DNA of 63,008 nucleotides, counting the filler, from Basidiobolus ranarum (taxonomy: Eukaryota), in the NCBI GenBank assembly GCA_040143965.1. It is 50 parts of 50 records of this genome, joined end to end, with 100 filler letters (N's around TTAATTAATTAA, not from the genome) between each part and the next. Parts side by side here need not be neighbours in the genome. Positions count along the whole stretch, not along the records: positions 12,671 to 13,836 come from JASJQH010013047.1; positions 13,937 to 15,102 come from JASJQH010013048.1; positions 15,203 to 16,368 come from JASJQH010013049.1; positions 16,469 to 17,633 come from JASJQH010013050.1; positions 17,734 to 18,898 come from JASJQH010013051.1; positions 18,999 to 20,163 come from JASJQH010013052.1; positions 20,264 to 21,428 come from JASJQH010013053.1; positions 21,529 to 22,693 come from JASJQH010013054.1; 42 more parts are not named here. One strand, 5' to 3'. Both the position numbers and the translations under genes were made by a program. Positions 12,672 to 24,496 of this stretch are shown one piece after another; positions within the stretch are counted from its first letter, which is position 1, and every line of letters begins with the position of its first letter. Below the pieces are notes generated by a model. The model saw only the letters and a program-made list of their open reading frames with translations. It had not been told where the DNA came from and did no database searches.

Positions 12672-13151
12672 ACGGAGTTCTTCAATGCTGCTCCTGATAA
12701 TGATGAGACTGGTACTCAGATTGAGAAACGTGGGGCCATTGGCATCTATGAGACTGCTGGCTGGCCTGGATACAAGGATGAGGATGGTGATGGCTTCCCT
12801 GATAACTGGACACCCCGAGTCACCTTAGCTGCTGGTACAGTCAATTTCCCTAGCTACCATGAAACCTTCCAACTCAACACTACCAGTGTCAAGAACCCAG
12901 CTATCTTGGACAAGGGCACTCACTCTCATGGACCCACTTATGATCACTACATTGCCAATCCTGATGAAGCCAAGAGCGCTCTCCACCGTAGTGGTAACTT
13001 ACCATCCACTGAGGCTACCGGTGTTCACTCACTACAAGATGTTCCAGTATTTGCCACTGGGCCAGGCGCCCACCTCTTCGGACGTGTCATGGACAACACC
13101 GAGGTGTTCTTCAACTTTGCTGAAGTCCTCGGACTTGGACTTGACGAATAA
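12672..13151 (+). CDS. Alkaline phosphatase, C-terminal 159 aa (5' truncated)
   Basis: Open frame from contig start: KRGAIGIYETAGWPGYKDEDGDGFPD..GNLP..GVHSLQDVPVFATGPGAHLFGRVMDNTEVF, the PhoA-family H-S/T-x-x-DV..A-x-GP-x-A..F-x-G..DNT C-terminal motif. Confidence 0.85.
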   Translation, partial: TEFFNAAPDNDETGTQIEKRGAIGIYETAGWPGYKDEDGDGFPDNWTPRVTLAAGTVNFPSYHETFQLNTTSVKNPAILDKGTHSHGPTYDHYIANPDEAKSALHRSGNLPSTEATGVHSLQDVPVFATGPGAHLFGRVMDNTEVFFNFAEVLGLGLDE

Positions 13152-13936
13152 TTAGACTCACCTGTTTACTCTACTATATTAATTTTGTGAGTCAAGAATA
13201 ATAATATGTTAATCGATTTTGATAACTTAGAAATAAATCTACACATTTCTCGTAATTGTAACAAGCATTCATATTCATTGTGAGGTTCATTCACTTGAAG
13301 AGGTTTTAGTGTTTGCCATTGGACCAGTGATGGCACTTCAATTGAATCTCATATTTTCCATATACATATACATTGACTCACCTTGTAGAATAGCAGCATT
13401 TTGTCTCGCCACCTTTGTTAGAGATAGTATAGCTGATCTATTTACATATACCAAGCAATATGCTCATATATATTCGATGTAATTTTGTTAAGGATTCAAG
13501 TTCAAGTGTTTACTTTCTAAGATCTTGAGAGCGATGCGATCACTTATAAATAGAAAATGAAAACGACAATGGCTATAAGGCTATATGACCCTAATCGAAA
13601 TGGTTTATTTTCCTTCTCATACATGATCAATACGAGGCTTGAATTATGGACCAAATAGAAAGGGTTCGAGGAGGTAACAATAGTTGAATGTATAGATTTC
13701 AATACATTCAATACTGTTCCTAACCGAAAAACTTGTCAAGTGGCAATTCGAGGGGCTAATTGCTAAAAGATGAAGGTTGTATCAAACTCTGGTAAGAAAT
13801 CTACAAACTTGCATCAACAACGAGATGGCGGCGAAANNNNNNNNNNNNNNNNNNNNNNNNNNNNNNNNNNNNNNNNNNNNTTAATTAATTAANNNNNNNN
13901 NNNNNNNNNNNNNNNNNNNNNNNNNNNNNNNNNNNN

Positions 13937-14500
13937 GTAGGCATAATGGTCCAGCACATATTCTGCTCTGCTAGATTGTCACAGTGACATTCATATATAT
14001 GGTGTGGGATTGATTGAAATCCTGTATGAGAATGGACAGAGGGACCAGCATGTTGCTGTAGCTCAAGTACAGCATTTGAAAAGTCTTGTATCATTGCTGA
14101 GTGACTCTCTAACTGTTGACTAGTTACTTCCAAACACTGCATTAATTGCAATATTGTGGCATTATTACTTGTCATGGCCTGTATAGCAACTTTGTAGTTT
14201 TTCTTATGATTGCATCCAAATCATTATAGTGTTCTGCCTGCAATTGCCTTGTTGTAATAATTCTATCCAAATTTTCTGTGGAGGGTGGTTCAATAGTGGG
14301 GAAAATAGCCATTTCGGAAGTTGATGGACTTGACGGTGTTTTGGTTGAACTTTGCTCAATTATTGATTTACAATGTAATTGAGGGATTACAATCTCTTAG
14401 CTTGCACTATTGCTAGAAATGAACACATCTGGTAAATTGATTAATGCTTCATCATTACTAGAGTATGTTTCTGGCATGCTAATGCCTTCCAAATTGGATA
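13937..14500 (-). mobile_element. CMC-1 ORF2 fragment
   Basis: Colinear with 23215-23785. Confidence 0.85.
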
Positions 14501-15102
14501 GTTTTCTCTACAATATCCTTCTCATGCTGCAACACAAACATTCAAAGAAGCCCTGCTATCATTGACACAAATTCTTGTGCTATGAAAGCCAGAGGTTTCA
14601 TAGAAAAAATAATCACAAGCACAGTCACTGTAGAAAGCCACCAGCTTCATAAAGCCTGGTGAATATCAATAGTAATAAGTGCACAAAATTGACTTTAGTT
14701 TTGCCTACTAAGTCTACTGACTGTACTTTGCCTCAAAGTTTTGGTAACACTGCCAAAAGTCAAGATACTGTGGAGTTACCACAGTTATAGGACCAGAATG
14801 ATGTAGGTCAAAATGCAACTTTGGTTGAACCAGTAAGTCCAGATAACTTTGAGGACTTGCTGCTAGATGTTGACCTTGGTGATTCTAGTATTAATGGTAG
14901 TATATCAGAAGTTGAAGAAGAACACAATGGTTCTGTTTTGGACTCTTTGTTATTGGCAAGCATTAGTCCACTCCTAACATTTACAGGAAAGGAAGCAGCT
15001 TTGATTATTGAGGAGTGGAGAGTTTAATCCAATCCTAGTAAGCAGGTTTTATTGGTTTTCTTACACTTTTATCACCACTGATTGGCAACTGTTGATTGCC
15101 AC
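14501..15102 (+). mobile_element. CMC-1 transposase N-terminal region, divergent from ORF2
   Basis: Reverse complement of 44244-44675 and 58560-58925. Confidence 0.8.
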
Positions 15103-15202
15103 NNNNNNNNNNNNNNNNNNNNNNNNNNNNNNNNNNNNNNNNNNNNTTAATTAATTAANNNNNNNNNNNNNNNNNNNNNNNNNNNNNNNNNNNNNNNNNN
15201 NN

Positions 15203-15470
15203 TTGAAGAGGCAAGAACTGCCAAACGCAAACCTCAAGGTATATGACTTGCTCCAACATGTACTGGAATGCGACCATGGCAATGGCCAGTCAAAAGAGAT
15301 GAAGCTTCCACTCTGGTTGAAGAAGCAATAACCGCAGAACACAAACCACAAGGTAGACAACTTGCTCCAATATTTACTGCCATGCAACCACAGTCACAGC
15401 CAGTCAAAGAGATGAAGCTTCTACTGTGGTTGAAGAAGGAATAACTGTTGAGCACAAACCTCAAATGAGA
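15203..15470 (+). repeat. ~114-bp tandem repeat, about 2.4 copies
   Basis: Units start at 15203, 15317, 15430 (TTGAAGA..CAAGGTA..CTTGCTCCAA..GCCAGTCAAA..GAGATGAAGCTTC). Confidence 0.85.
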
Positions 15471-15789
15471 CATTCCGGGTCAATGCGTAGAGCTGCACGC
15501 CAGCAGCAATGGCTGGTTGACCCATTAAGTTAAGGCTCCACATCTGACGAAGAGACTATAGATACAAACAAACCGCAAACTAGACTAAACAAGCTAACAC
15601 ATACCACAGCGCATCAACCTCAAGCCACAACTCATGCTGGCCAAGGTAGAGGAACTTCAGCAGGATTGAACCGACCAACTCAGCGCAGAGGTTCAAGCAA
15701 AGATTTTTCCATGGAAATATCAAGGAGACAACAAAAGTAACAGAAGCAAATCAGCATGTACTGCTTCAAACCTAGGCAACTGCTGAATA

Positions 15790-16368
15790 CTCTTGTTAAT
15801 ACTTGCATTATCCTATCTTTACTGTTTAGCGCATCATGCAAACTCAATATGAATCACAGTTAAATATAGCCTAAATTGCTTTAGTTAGATCATGATCACC
15901 AATGTGTTTATGAAACACTGATAGTGTGAAATCATCATATATCAAAAAAATCAATGATAGCCTATTAATACAAGCAATTTCACTACAATCAAATGAAAAT
16001 GTTGTCAATAAAAAGCTTGAGCAGCCGTATTGGCTTGATAGGGCTCAATCTATTCACATTTTCACCCAATTAGAAGCTTACATCATTTAATAAAGAATTT
16101 GCTGAACTAAAAATGATGAATCAAGAAATCCTGATCACTAATATCATACTGCAGATTGATCCATCATCAAGTGCTGTGATTTGTCACCGGTGTCCCAAAA
16201 CTACTGGTGTTTTGTAATGCAGGAGCTGTTGTGCCCAATTGAAAATCAGGATACTGAGTTAGTGAGGGACAAATGATTGGCCTAAAAACATGTGAATGTC
16301 TTGGTTATACATTTGATTGGGTAAGTTACAGTATAAATTGTTTATTGTTACACATTCAGTAATTTGTA
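15790..16368 (+). mobile_element. TIR-X internal sequence
   Basis: Similar to reverse complement of 57250-57826; last ~120 bp nearly identical to 50541-50660, which runs on to a TIR-X end. Confidence 0.65.
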
Positions 16369-16468
16369 NNNNNNNNNNNNNNNNNNNNNNNNNNNNNNNN
16401 NNNNNNNNNNNNTTAATTAATTAANNNNNNNNNNNNNNNNNNNNNNNNNNNNNNNNNNNNNNNNNNNN

Positions 16469-16577
16469 TAAGTGATATTTGACTAAATAATGTTGACTAA
16501 CTAATATGTGATATATGAAATAGTTAGGTGTATAAAGATAGGGATAACATATATGATAAAGACAATAAACTTCAACA
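16469..16577 (-). repeat. Copia-B LTR 5' part
   Basis: Reverse complement of TGTTGAAGTTTATTGTCTTTATC. Confidence 0.9.
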
Positions 16578-17633
16578 ATGATCAGAACTTATAAAAACTT
16601 ACATATAATCTAAGAGGTTTATGTGTAAATATAAGTTATTCCAACCAAGAAACTATTCAACAATGGCATAAGAGATTTGGCCATATTGGATTTGATTATT
16701 TGAGTAAAATGATTTAAATTAACCCCCCAACCAAAATGGAAATATTTCAGGGCTGCATATATGGAAAACAAGCCAGGCAACAGTTTATGAGCTCTTGTTT
16801 AATCCAATCTGTCAAAAAAATGGATCTAATTCATTCAGATTTGTGTATATTTCTATTTATCTTTAAATGGAAAAAGGTATTAATCACATGTGTTGATGAT
16901 TTTTCAAGATAGATTTGGGTCTTGTTTATGGAAAGAAAAGAAGAAGCTCTTGCTATTTTTAGAGATTTTAAAACACTTGTCAAGACTGAAACTGGAACTA
17001 AAATCAAGAAAATATACACTGATAATGGTAGGAGATGTACTTCAACACTATTTCATCACTTTTTTAAGATCCATGGAATTAAGCAAGAAACTACTGCCCC
17101 CTATTCACCTCAGCAAAATGAAGCTGCTGAAAGAGCTAACAGGACCATAATAGAAATGGTAAGAACTACCATATATGCACAAAATTTATCTCATAACTTT
17201 TGGGTGGAATCTGTTGCTACAACTGTGTATTTGAAGAATAGGAATTTTACTGGAGGTCTGTCCAACTCTACACCGTTATCAAGCTTGGTTTGGAGTGAAA
17301 CCTGATGTAAAACAATTAAGGATCTCTGGATGCAATGCTTAAGTCAAAATTATGACCAAAAATTGGTCCGAACTTGATACAAAAAATTAGAAAAGGATAT
17401 TTCTGAGTTATTGTAATCAAACTAAGGCCTACAGACACTATAATACTGGTGTTTCAAAGTTAATCAAGTCCAGGGATGGTTTGTTTAATGAAAAAAATAT
17501 TAACCCAAAATGATATCATCTAACAACGAAAATGAATATTTCCATGATACAATCATTTAAATTCATTCAAACCATAACATTGAAGAAAGTTGCATTTCAG
17601 TGAACCCTTCAACCAATATTCTCCCTTCTGAAG
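16578..17633 (+). mobile_element. Copia integrase, degenerate
   Basis: WHKRFGH, DLIHSDLC, YTDNG, TAPYSPQQNEAAERANRTI. Confidence 0.92.
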
Positions 17634-17733
17634 NNNNNNNNNNNNNNNNNNNNNNNNNNNNNNNNNNNNNNNNNNNNTTAATTAATTAANNNNNNNNNNN
17701 NNNNNNNNNNNNNNNNNNNNNNNNNNNNNNNNN

Positions 17734-18898
17734 TATGAGAAAACCACCAATTTCTCTAATTCTCCAAACCCCTTCCAACAGGCTCCCAAATACTTTAACA
17801 GGTTATGGGCCCCAAGCTTGCACTCTCTGTAATCTCAACTTCTCAAATCTATGGAACTTTTCCCTCTTCTGAAAAATTGGATGGAACCAATTATCAAGTT
17901 TGGAAAATTAAAATGAAAATGCTGCTGCAAGAAAAAGGACTTTGAGGCACTGTTGTAGGAGAAGAAAACAATGCAAAACTATCTGCAACCAAAGTTTTAC
18001 TCCAGGTTAAAAAACAACAAAGTGCCTTTAACACAATTTTTCTTAATGTTGAAGACAAATTGCTAATTCAATATTCAAGAGCTAAAACTGCCAAAAAGGT
18101 ATAGAAAGCCTTGGAAGACATCCACCAAACAAGTTCTGCTGCCAACAAGATGTTTCTAAGACAATTCTTTCATTTAAAGATGAATCCAGGAGAAGACATT
18201 AAATCACTCATTGATAGTCACTTTTTTAGTGGATGAAATGGAATGCATTGGAGTATCTACTACTGATCATGATATCATAGTTACAGTCCTGAATAGCCTG
18301 TCACATGGTTTCAGAGCCTAGTAATAGCTCTAGAATCAAGAACGTGACCTTAAATTATGTATTTGGCAGACTTCTGGATGAAGATTTACACAAATTAGGA
18401 TCCAACCAAAAGAATGAAGAAAATGCTTTAATAGGTTATGTGAAACATTTTTATAAAGGTCAAAAGCACTTTAAGAAGAAAAGTAACACATTCTGTGATC
18501 ACTGTGAAAGAACTGGCTATTTAAGCAAAGATTGCCTGAAAAGAATTGCAAAAGAAGGAAAACATAATGAATCTGGAAATGTGGTTACAACAGAAGATCA
18601 CTTGTTCATATCTGCTCTATCTATGACTACCAACAAGGATTCTCAGACATGGTATATTGATTCTGGAGCCTCCCAACATTTCAGAAATGAAAAACATTGG
18701 TTTGTGCATTATGAAGAAATGCCACTTATGAAGGTTTTCATGGCAGGTGACCATACATTGGATGTTATTGGAAGAGGAACAATGCAAGTCAATTTAACTG
18801 GAGCTTCTGCAGAGAAAGTGTATACATTTAGGGATGTACTGCATGTTCCAGATATTGCCAACAATTAAATATCTTCATGCAAACCCACCTCTGCAGGC
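17734..18898 (+). mobile_element. Copia-A 5' end: LTR end (to 17800), PBS GGTTATGGGCCCCA (17801-17814), gag-zinc knuckle-protease
   Basis: EKLDGTNYQVWKIKM, CDHCERTGYLSKDC, WYIDSGASQH, DVLHVP; several stops and frameshifts. Confidence 0.93.
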
Positions 18899-18998
18899 NN
18901 NNNNNNNNNNNNNNNNNNNNNNNNNNNNNNNNNNNNNNNNNNTTAATTAATTAANNNNNNNNNNNNNNNNNNNNNNNNNNNNNNNNNNNNNNNNNNNN

Positions 18999-19104
18999 CG
19001 AGTGTTATAGGACCCAGCCATGGTAATTGACAGATCGCGCCAGATGGTGTACTAGCAGGCTGGATCGAGCGGCACGATCTGACCTGGTCCGATGGAACAA
19101 GTCT
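18999..19104 (+). mobile_element. TIR-X terminus, type 2
   Basis: Nearly identical to 50822-50927; similarity ends at GGAACAAGTCT. Confidence 0.7.
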
Positions 19105-19520
19105 ATTATGACTGGAAATGTGTCAAGAATACTTCTGATAAGAGATCTATTGGCAAATACTCCAGGAAATGGAAGGAAATTAGAGTCTCTAAGTCTTTTG
19201 TCCCCGGCACCTTCAACATCATTCACCACTGAAGCTAGATAATTCTCACTTACTTGAAGCCTGGTAAGGAAGCTTCTCCCACTTTTGCTACCATCAATAG
19301 TGCACTGAAATCTAATTGGACAATAGTTTTTGTAGTAACAAAACAAATTGACTAGCTGCTTTCTGGTAGGTATTGGAGTGTATGAGCCACAGTATTTCTC
19401 AAATATAGCTTCTAGGGTGGTGCCAGGAAAGCCAGTAGTTGCTTTTGGATCAATGAGGAATGACCATATAGAGTCGAGGGAGAGCATGATATTATTCTTA
19501 TATTGATCTGGCATGTGCAA
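19105..19520 (-). mobile_element. Possible PIF/Harbinger/ISL2EU-like transposase N-terminus, cut by TIR-X
   Basis: TTGFP..L..YYKNY..GSKS (HTH-like spacing) followed by SILDTFPVII, resembling the first catalytic Asp strand; pattern recognition only. Confidence 0.45.
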
Positions 19521-20263
19521 GTCATTTATCTAAGAATTTCAATTTTCATGGTAAAATTCCCTACATTCTATCTAATAAAATTTCTGTATGCAATTATTAT
19601 CCCAATTATTCCCAATAATGTGTAATTACATGGAAATTATATATAAGCTGCATCAGCAAAGTTAATCATAATTTGATGCAAATCAATTTATTTAGTATAC
19701 ATATTGAAAGGGCTCAAAGCAGAATGCATTATGCTTGATCACACCATAGGAAACTAACTTTGACATTTTAACCAATAATATAAAAAGATCTCTAGGTCTG
19801 ATTGAAACCAATAAAGTCTAACAGCATAGATATATATGGTAGTTATGTATCATGTCAAAACAGATTCTTCCTGATTCACAACCTACTTTTGTACAGGAAA
19901 CCATCACTTCCAAAATTTCACATGCACAGTCAAATGAAGATGTGAGTGTGCAAAGCAGCATGTGCCTAATGATTTTACAGATCCCAGGTATCCACTATGA
20001 ATTCTTGCTTGGATATATGGAAGTTATTGATAAACTTGACAGAAGCTGGGGAAGGGGGTATTAGACAAAAGTGGAAGCAACTTTTGACTATGCTTTGGGA
20101 AAATATTATATCATCATGCCTTCAGATGTCTGCAAGAAAATAAATGATATGACTAATGAGGAGNNNNNNNNNNNNNNNNNNNNNNNNNNNNNNNNNNNNN
20201 NNNNNNNTTAATTAATTAANNNNNNNNNNNNNNNNNNNNNNNNNNNNNNNNNNNNNNNNNNNN

Positions 20264-21428
20264 AGTTGGAATTTGGATAATTATTCGCCCTGAATGTATT
20301 TATTTGCCTTCTCCATCCGACATTAACTCAATCAGGTAAAACAGGTTACTGAATGTCAAATGAGAGGCTGAAAAGGTGCCAGACCTGGAATCAAATCAAT
20401 AGTCACTTGTTGTAGTATTACCCGGATTTGCCTTTCTTCTCAAATTGAAACTTTGCTCTTTTGACTGCCTCAAATATCGCTCACTTGACTTATCTATTTA
20501 GAGTGGATCCGCGAGTAATCAGTTAACCCCTCATACGTAGAAACCAATGGGTAACCAACGCAATAGTTGAGTACAAACAAATACCCTACTGGTAATGAAA
20601 GAACAATCAATGTCAGTACTCAACAGATGCCATACTAAGCCATTCCACCTATGATAAGGCGAAAGAATAAGGAAATGATATGTCGGACAAGGTTTCTCAA
20701 TGATAAGAAAAAAGAACTCCTCATCAATCAAACAGAATCAGGAAATGTAGTTATCACACATGGCTATAGGACTGCTAATACAATACCTTTTGGTCAGTAA
20801 AAAGATCGTTATTCGAGTTGCTACGTCTAGAACACTGATATACCATATATGTCTAGATGTTCATCGTGAGTCCAGTGTGGGTTTTCTGGTTAGGGTATTT
20901 GTAGGGCATGTTCGGGTTAAAATGACCGCAACAGTTACCTTGAATGACGTTATTCAGATAAGCCGAAACCACCTGTAATCTATGGAACATCCACTCGGAA
21001 TCTTTTTTGAACCTTTGTCTAATCCTACCTGGTACATGACATATTTGAACCTCTTTCTAACTTATACTGATACATTGTAGGTTAAGAGATCTCCTCTTAG
21101 GTATGATTCTTCTCCCATTTCAAGCAAACTCCACAGTAAATAATGTGCTCAACCACTCGTACTAACGAAAGAGTAGTTGCGAACCTTAATTCACCTTCTG
21201 ATCAATCATTCTCGTTGCTATACTCCTGGTTCATTTTACAGAAAGATACCCCCTGGTTAGTTTCAAAGCAAGATCATTAAATACAATATAGTTACAGCTC
21301 GGTGATATCTTACTGAATTCACTCTAATCAATTGTCATGATAACTACAAGTATGATGTTGAAGATTTAGATTACTATATCTAACTCAATTTTGTACTATC
21401 TGACTGCCTGAAATAAAGTATTGTTTAG
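20264..21428 (+). repeat. Low-copy duplicated non-coding region, copy 1
   Basis: Colinear over its whole length with 25322-26484; same first base; scattered SNPs and small indels. Confidence 0.92.
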
Positions 21429-21764
21429 NNNNNNNNNNNNNNNNNNNNNNNNNNNNNNNNNNNNNNNNNNNNTTAATTAATTAANNNNNNNNNNNNNNNN
21501 NNNNNNNNNNNNNNNNNNNNNNNNNNNNTTGATCTTGATCAAGTACTAAAGCTTCTTTGATCAAAAACAACTGTAAACTCAACCAGTAATGTCTTGACAA
21601 GGATGCAATTAGAGCAATTATCCAGAGGTGAAAGGTACCTTTGCCATAGCAGGAAAGCTTGGGAAAGATGGGGAATATGAGGGAAGCCAACCTTGGGGGG
21701 TTTCAAGGTTGGAGAACAGGGATGGAGAGAAGTCTGCAGGCAAGTATAAGTAGTCTGATCAAAT

Positions 21765-22295
21765 TGTCACAATAAGGAACTAGATAAGGACTGGAAACAG
21801 CAAGAGGCTAGAAGGCAGGAGAGTACTTGGGTGTAGACCACAAGACAAGACAAGACAAGACTGGACAAGGAAGATTCTTTGGCAAGAATCTTTATTGATA
21901 ACTGGCATTGATCAGACTGAGGTCTGATCAAGGAATACATGGGGCTTATATAGATATTGCAAGGTGAAACATAATATACTGAATAGGGAATATACTGTGG
22001 CAAGTTCAAGAGTTTGGATGTTAGGGACTACAAGGATCAATACAAAGAGGGATGATGCAAGGATGACCAGGTGACCTTCCATGGAAGGTCTTGGTGGAAA
22101 TACACTATGTGTGGGTTGACATGATTGTTTGGGTTTCATGGAATGTTCCAAAGAACATGACTTTCATAGAAGGTTATCTGGATGAACTAACACCCAATTG
22201 CCAAGAAGAATGGAACAGCAGATATGATGTCATAATCTGATAATAGAAGAGTTCTATTTTAAGTGGATCAGTATGCCAAGATCAGAATCATGACA
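21765..22295 (-). repeat. Gypsy-C complete 3' LTR (531 bp)
   Basis: TGTCA..TGACA termini; purine tract AGAAGGGG between the chromodomain stop and the LTR. Confidence 0.92.
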
Positions 22296-22307
22296 GTATC
22301 CCCTTCT

Positions 22308-22693
22308 TTAGTGATGGCTTCCAGACATCATAGGGCCAGGTTTTTCTGGGTAGGCTTCATGAAACTCCTGGCAAAGTTCCTTGGAATTGGAAAGATTTGT
22401 TGCTGGCTCCCATGATTGATCATTTGTTGAGTATCCCTTCCAGTCCACTAAATATTGCAATTTATGTTGATAAATTCTGGAATCTAGAATTTTGCTAACT
22501 TCATATTCAGGGTGTTCTTCAACTTGGATTGCTGGGGGTGGGTCAATGGATTGGCCCTGGAAGGTGTTTCTTGCATGTGGCTCTAAGAGAGACACATGGA
22601 ATACATTGTGGACTTTGAAATGGGCTGGGAGTTCAAGGCAGAAGGCTACTGAATTGATTTGCTTAATAATCTTAAAAGGCCCTAGTCTTTTAT
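22308..22693 (-). mobile_element. Gypsy-C integrase tail with chromodomain
   Basis: HNVFHVSLL, EYEVSKILDSR..LQYLVDWKGY..SWEP..NL; overlaps 11130-11304. Confidence 0.95.
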
Positions 22694-22793
22694 NNNNNNN
22701 NNNNNNNNNNNNNNNNNNNNNNNNNNNNNNNNNNNNNTTAATTAATTAANNNNNNNNNNNNNNNNNNNNNNNNNNNNNNNNNNNNNNNNNNNN

Positions 22794-23905
22794 GTAAGTG
22801 GGACAGTAGAGCCTAAACTCACTGGCTCCTTTGCTTTTCCCTTGGGTTTACTAACTTCCTGCTCCTTCAGTACTTCTTTAGCTGCTTTTCTTTCTTTTCC
22901 AAGTTGATAATTGCATACATTTTTGAGATGTTTCATGAATAGGCCTATACTAGCCCAATTGCCATTTGCTTGCAAAAACCCAGGATAAGCCACATGAAAT
23001 AAGTCAAGAACCTTCAGAGTAATGCCTGGTTTTTGGTTTTTCCACAATTGACTCAAATCCAGGTGATTTTGGGCAAGATTCCACACAGTTTCCAAAATGT
23101 TAAACCACTCATCATCAGAGCAAGTGATGGCAGCTCTGACATTCAGAGTCTTTTGGTTTGCCAGTTTTCCTATGAGATTTCTACTTTCATGTGCCCAAGC
23201 AATTTTGGGTTGTTGTGTAGGCTTAATGGTCTAACACATATTCTGCTCTGCTAGATTGTCATGGTGATGTTCATATGTATGGTGTGGGATTGATTGAAAT
23301 CCCATATGAGCATGGACAGGGGGAGCAGCATGTTGCTGTAGCTGAAGTACAGCATTGTGAAGGTCTTGTATCATTGATGAGTGGCTCTCTAACTGTTGAC
23401 TAGTTGCTTCTGAACGCTGCATTAATTGTGATATTGTGGCATTATTGCTTGTCATGGCCTGTATAGCAACTTCATAGTTTTTACTTATGATTGCATACAA
23501 GTCATTATGGTGTTCTGCCTGTGATTCCATTGTTGTAATAATTCTATTCAAATTTTCTATGGAGGGTTGTTAAATAGTGGGCATAGTAGCCATTTTGGAT
23601 GTTGATGGTCTTGACAGTGTTTTGGTTGAACTTTGCTCAACTATTGATTTACTACATAATTGGGGGATTACAATCTCTTCACTTGCACTATTGCTGGAAA
23701 GGAACACATCTGGTAAATTGATTAATGCTTCATCATTACTTGAGTTAGTTTCTGGCATGTTAATGCCTTCCAAAGTGGATAGTGGATTGCTAGACTGTTT
23801 GTCAATTAAGTCCGCTGTTCTTGCTGGTTTTTTTCCTTTTGTGCCAGCAGGCTTTGGCTTGGAAGCCAATTTTGACTTAGATTTTGAATGCTTTTTGAAT
23901 GGCAT
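22794..23905 (-). mobile_element. CMC-1 ORF2 N-terminal ~370 codons (two in-frame stops)
   Basis: ORFs 23570-23905, 23231-23551 and 22742-23095 are in one frame; many homologous copies in the window. Confidence 0.85.
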
Positions 23906-24057
23906 TGAAATTTTCAGATGGTAAACTTGGTGTAATGAAATTGCTTAGAAACAGCTTNNNNNNNNNNNNNNNNNNNNNNNNNNNNNNNNNNNNNNNNNNN
24001 NTTAATTAATTAANNNNNNNNNNNNNNNNNNNNNNNNNNNNNNNNNNNNNNNNNNNN

Positions 24058-24496
24058 CCCTATACCTGAAGAATGGAGAGATATTGTCCATTATTTGACT
24101 ATGTTACAGAGACCCTACACCTTAGATCCCCAGCAATTCAGAAACCTCAGGAGGAAAGCCCATCACTTTCTTGTAAGGGATGGACTACTTCTCAAGCTGG
24201 TTAAGGGAGGACAAGTACCAAGAAGAGTCATCTTTGGCTCTAAAGAAATGCAGAGGATCATTAATGAGATCCATGAAGGAGAACCAGGAGGACACTGTGG
24301 CAGAGAGGCTACTTTCAAGAACTCAACATTAAGATACTATTGGACCAAACAATATCAGGATATCAAAGCATATGTGGAGACATGAGATGCATGCCAAAGG
24401 AGATCAACCAAAAGATACAAGGAACCACTTTACCCCACCTATGTACCCACACTATGGCAGAAGGTGGGAGTTGATCTTGTACATATGCCCACAGCT
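24058..24496 (+). mobile_element. Gypsy integrase zinc-binding region
   Basis: IHEGEPGGHCGREATF..RYYW..IKAYVETC, WQKVGVDLVHMP. Confidence 0.9.
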
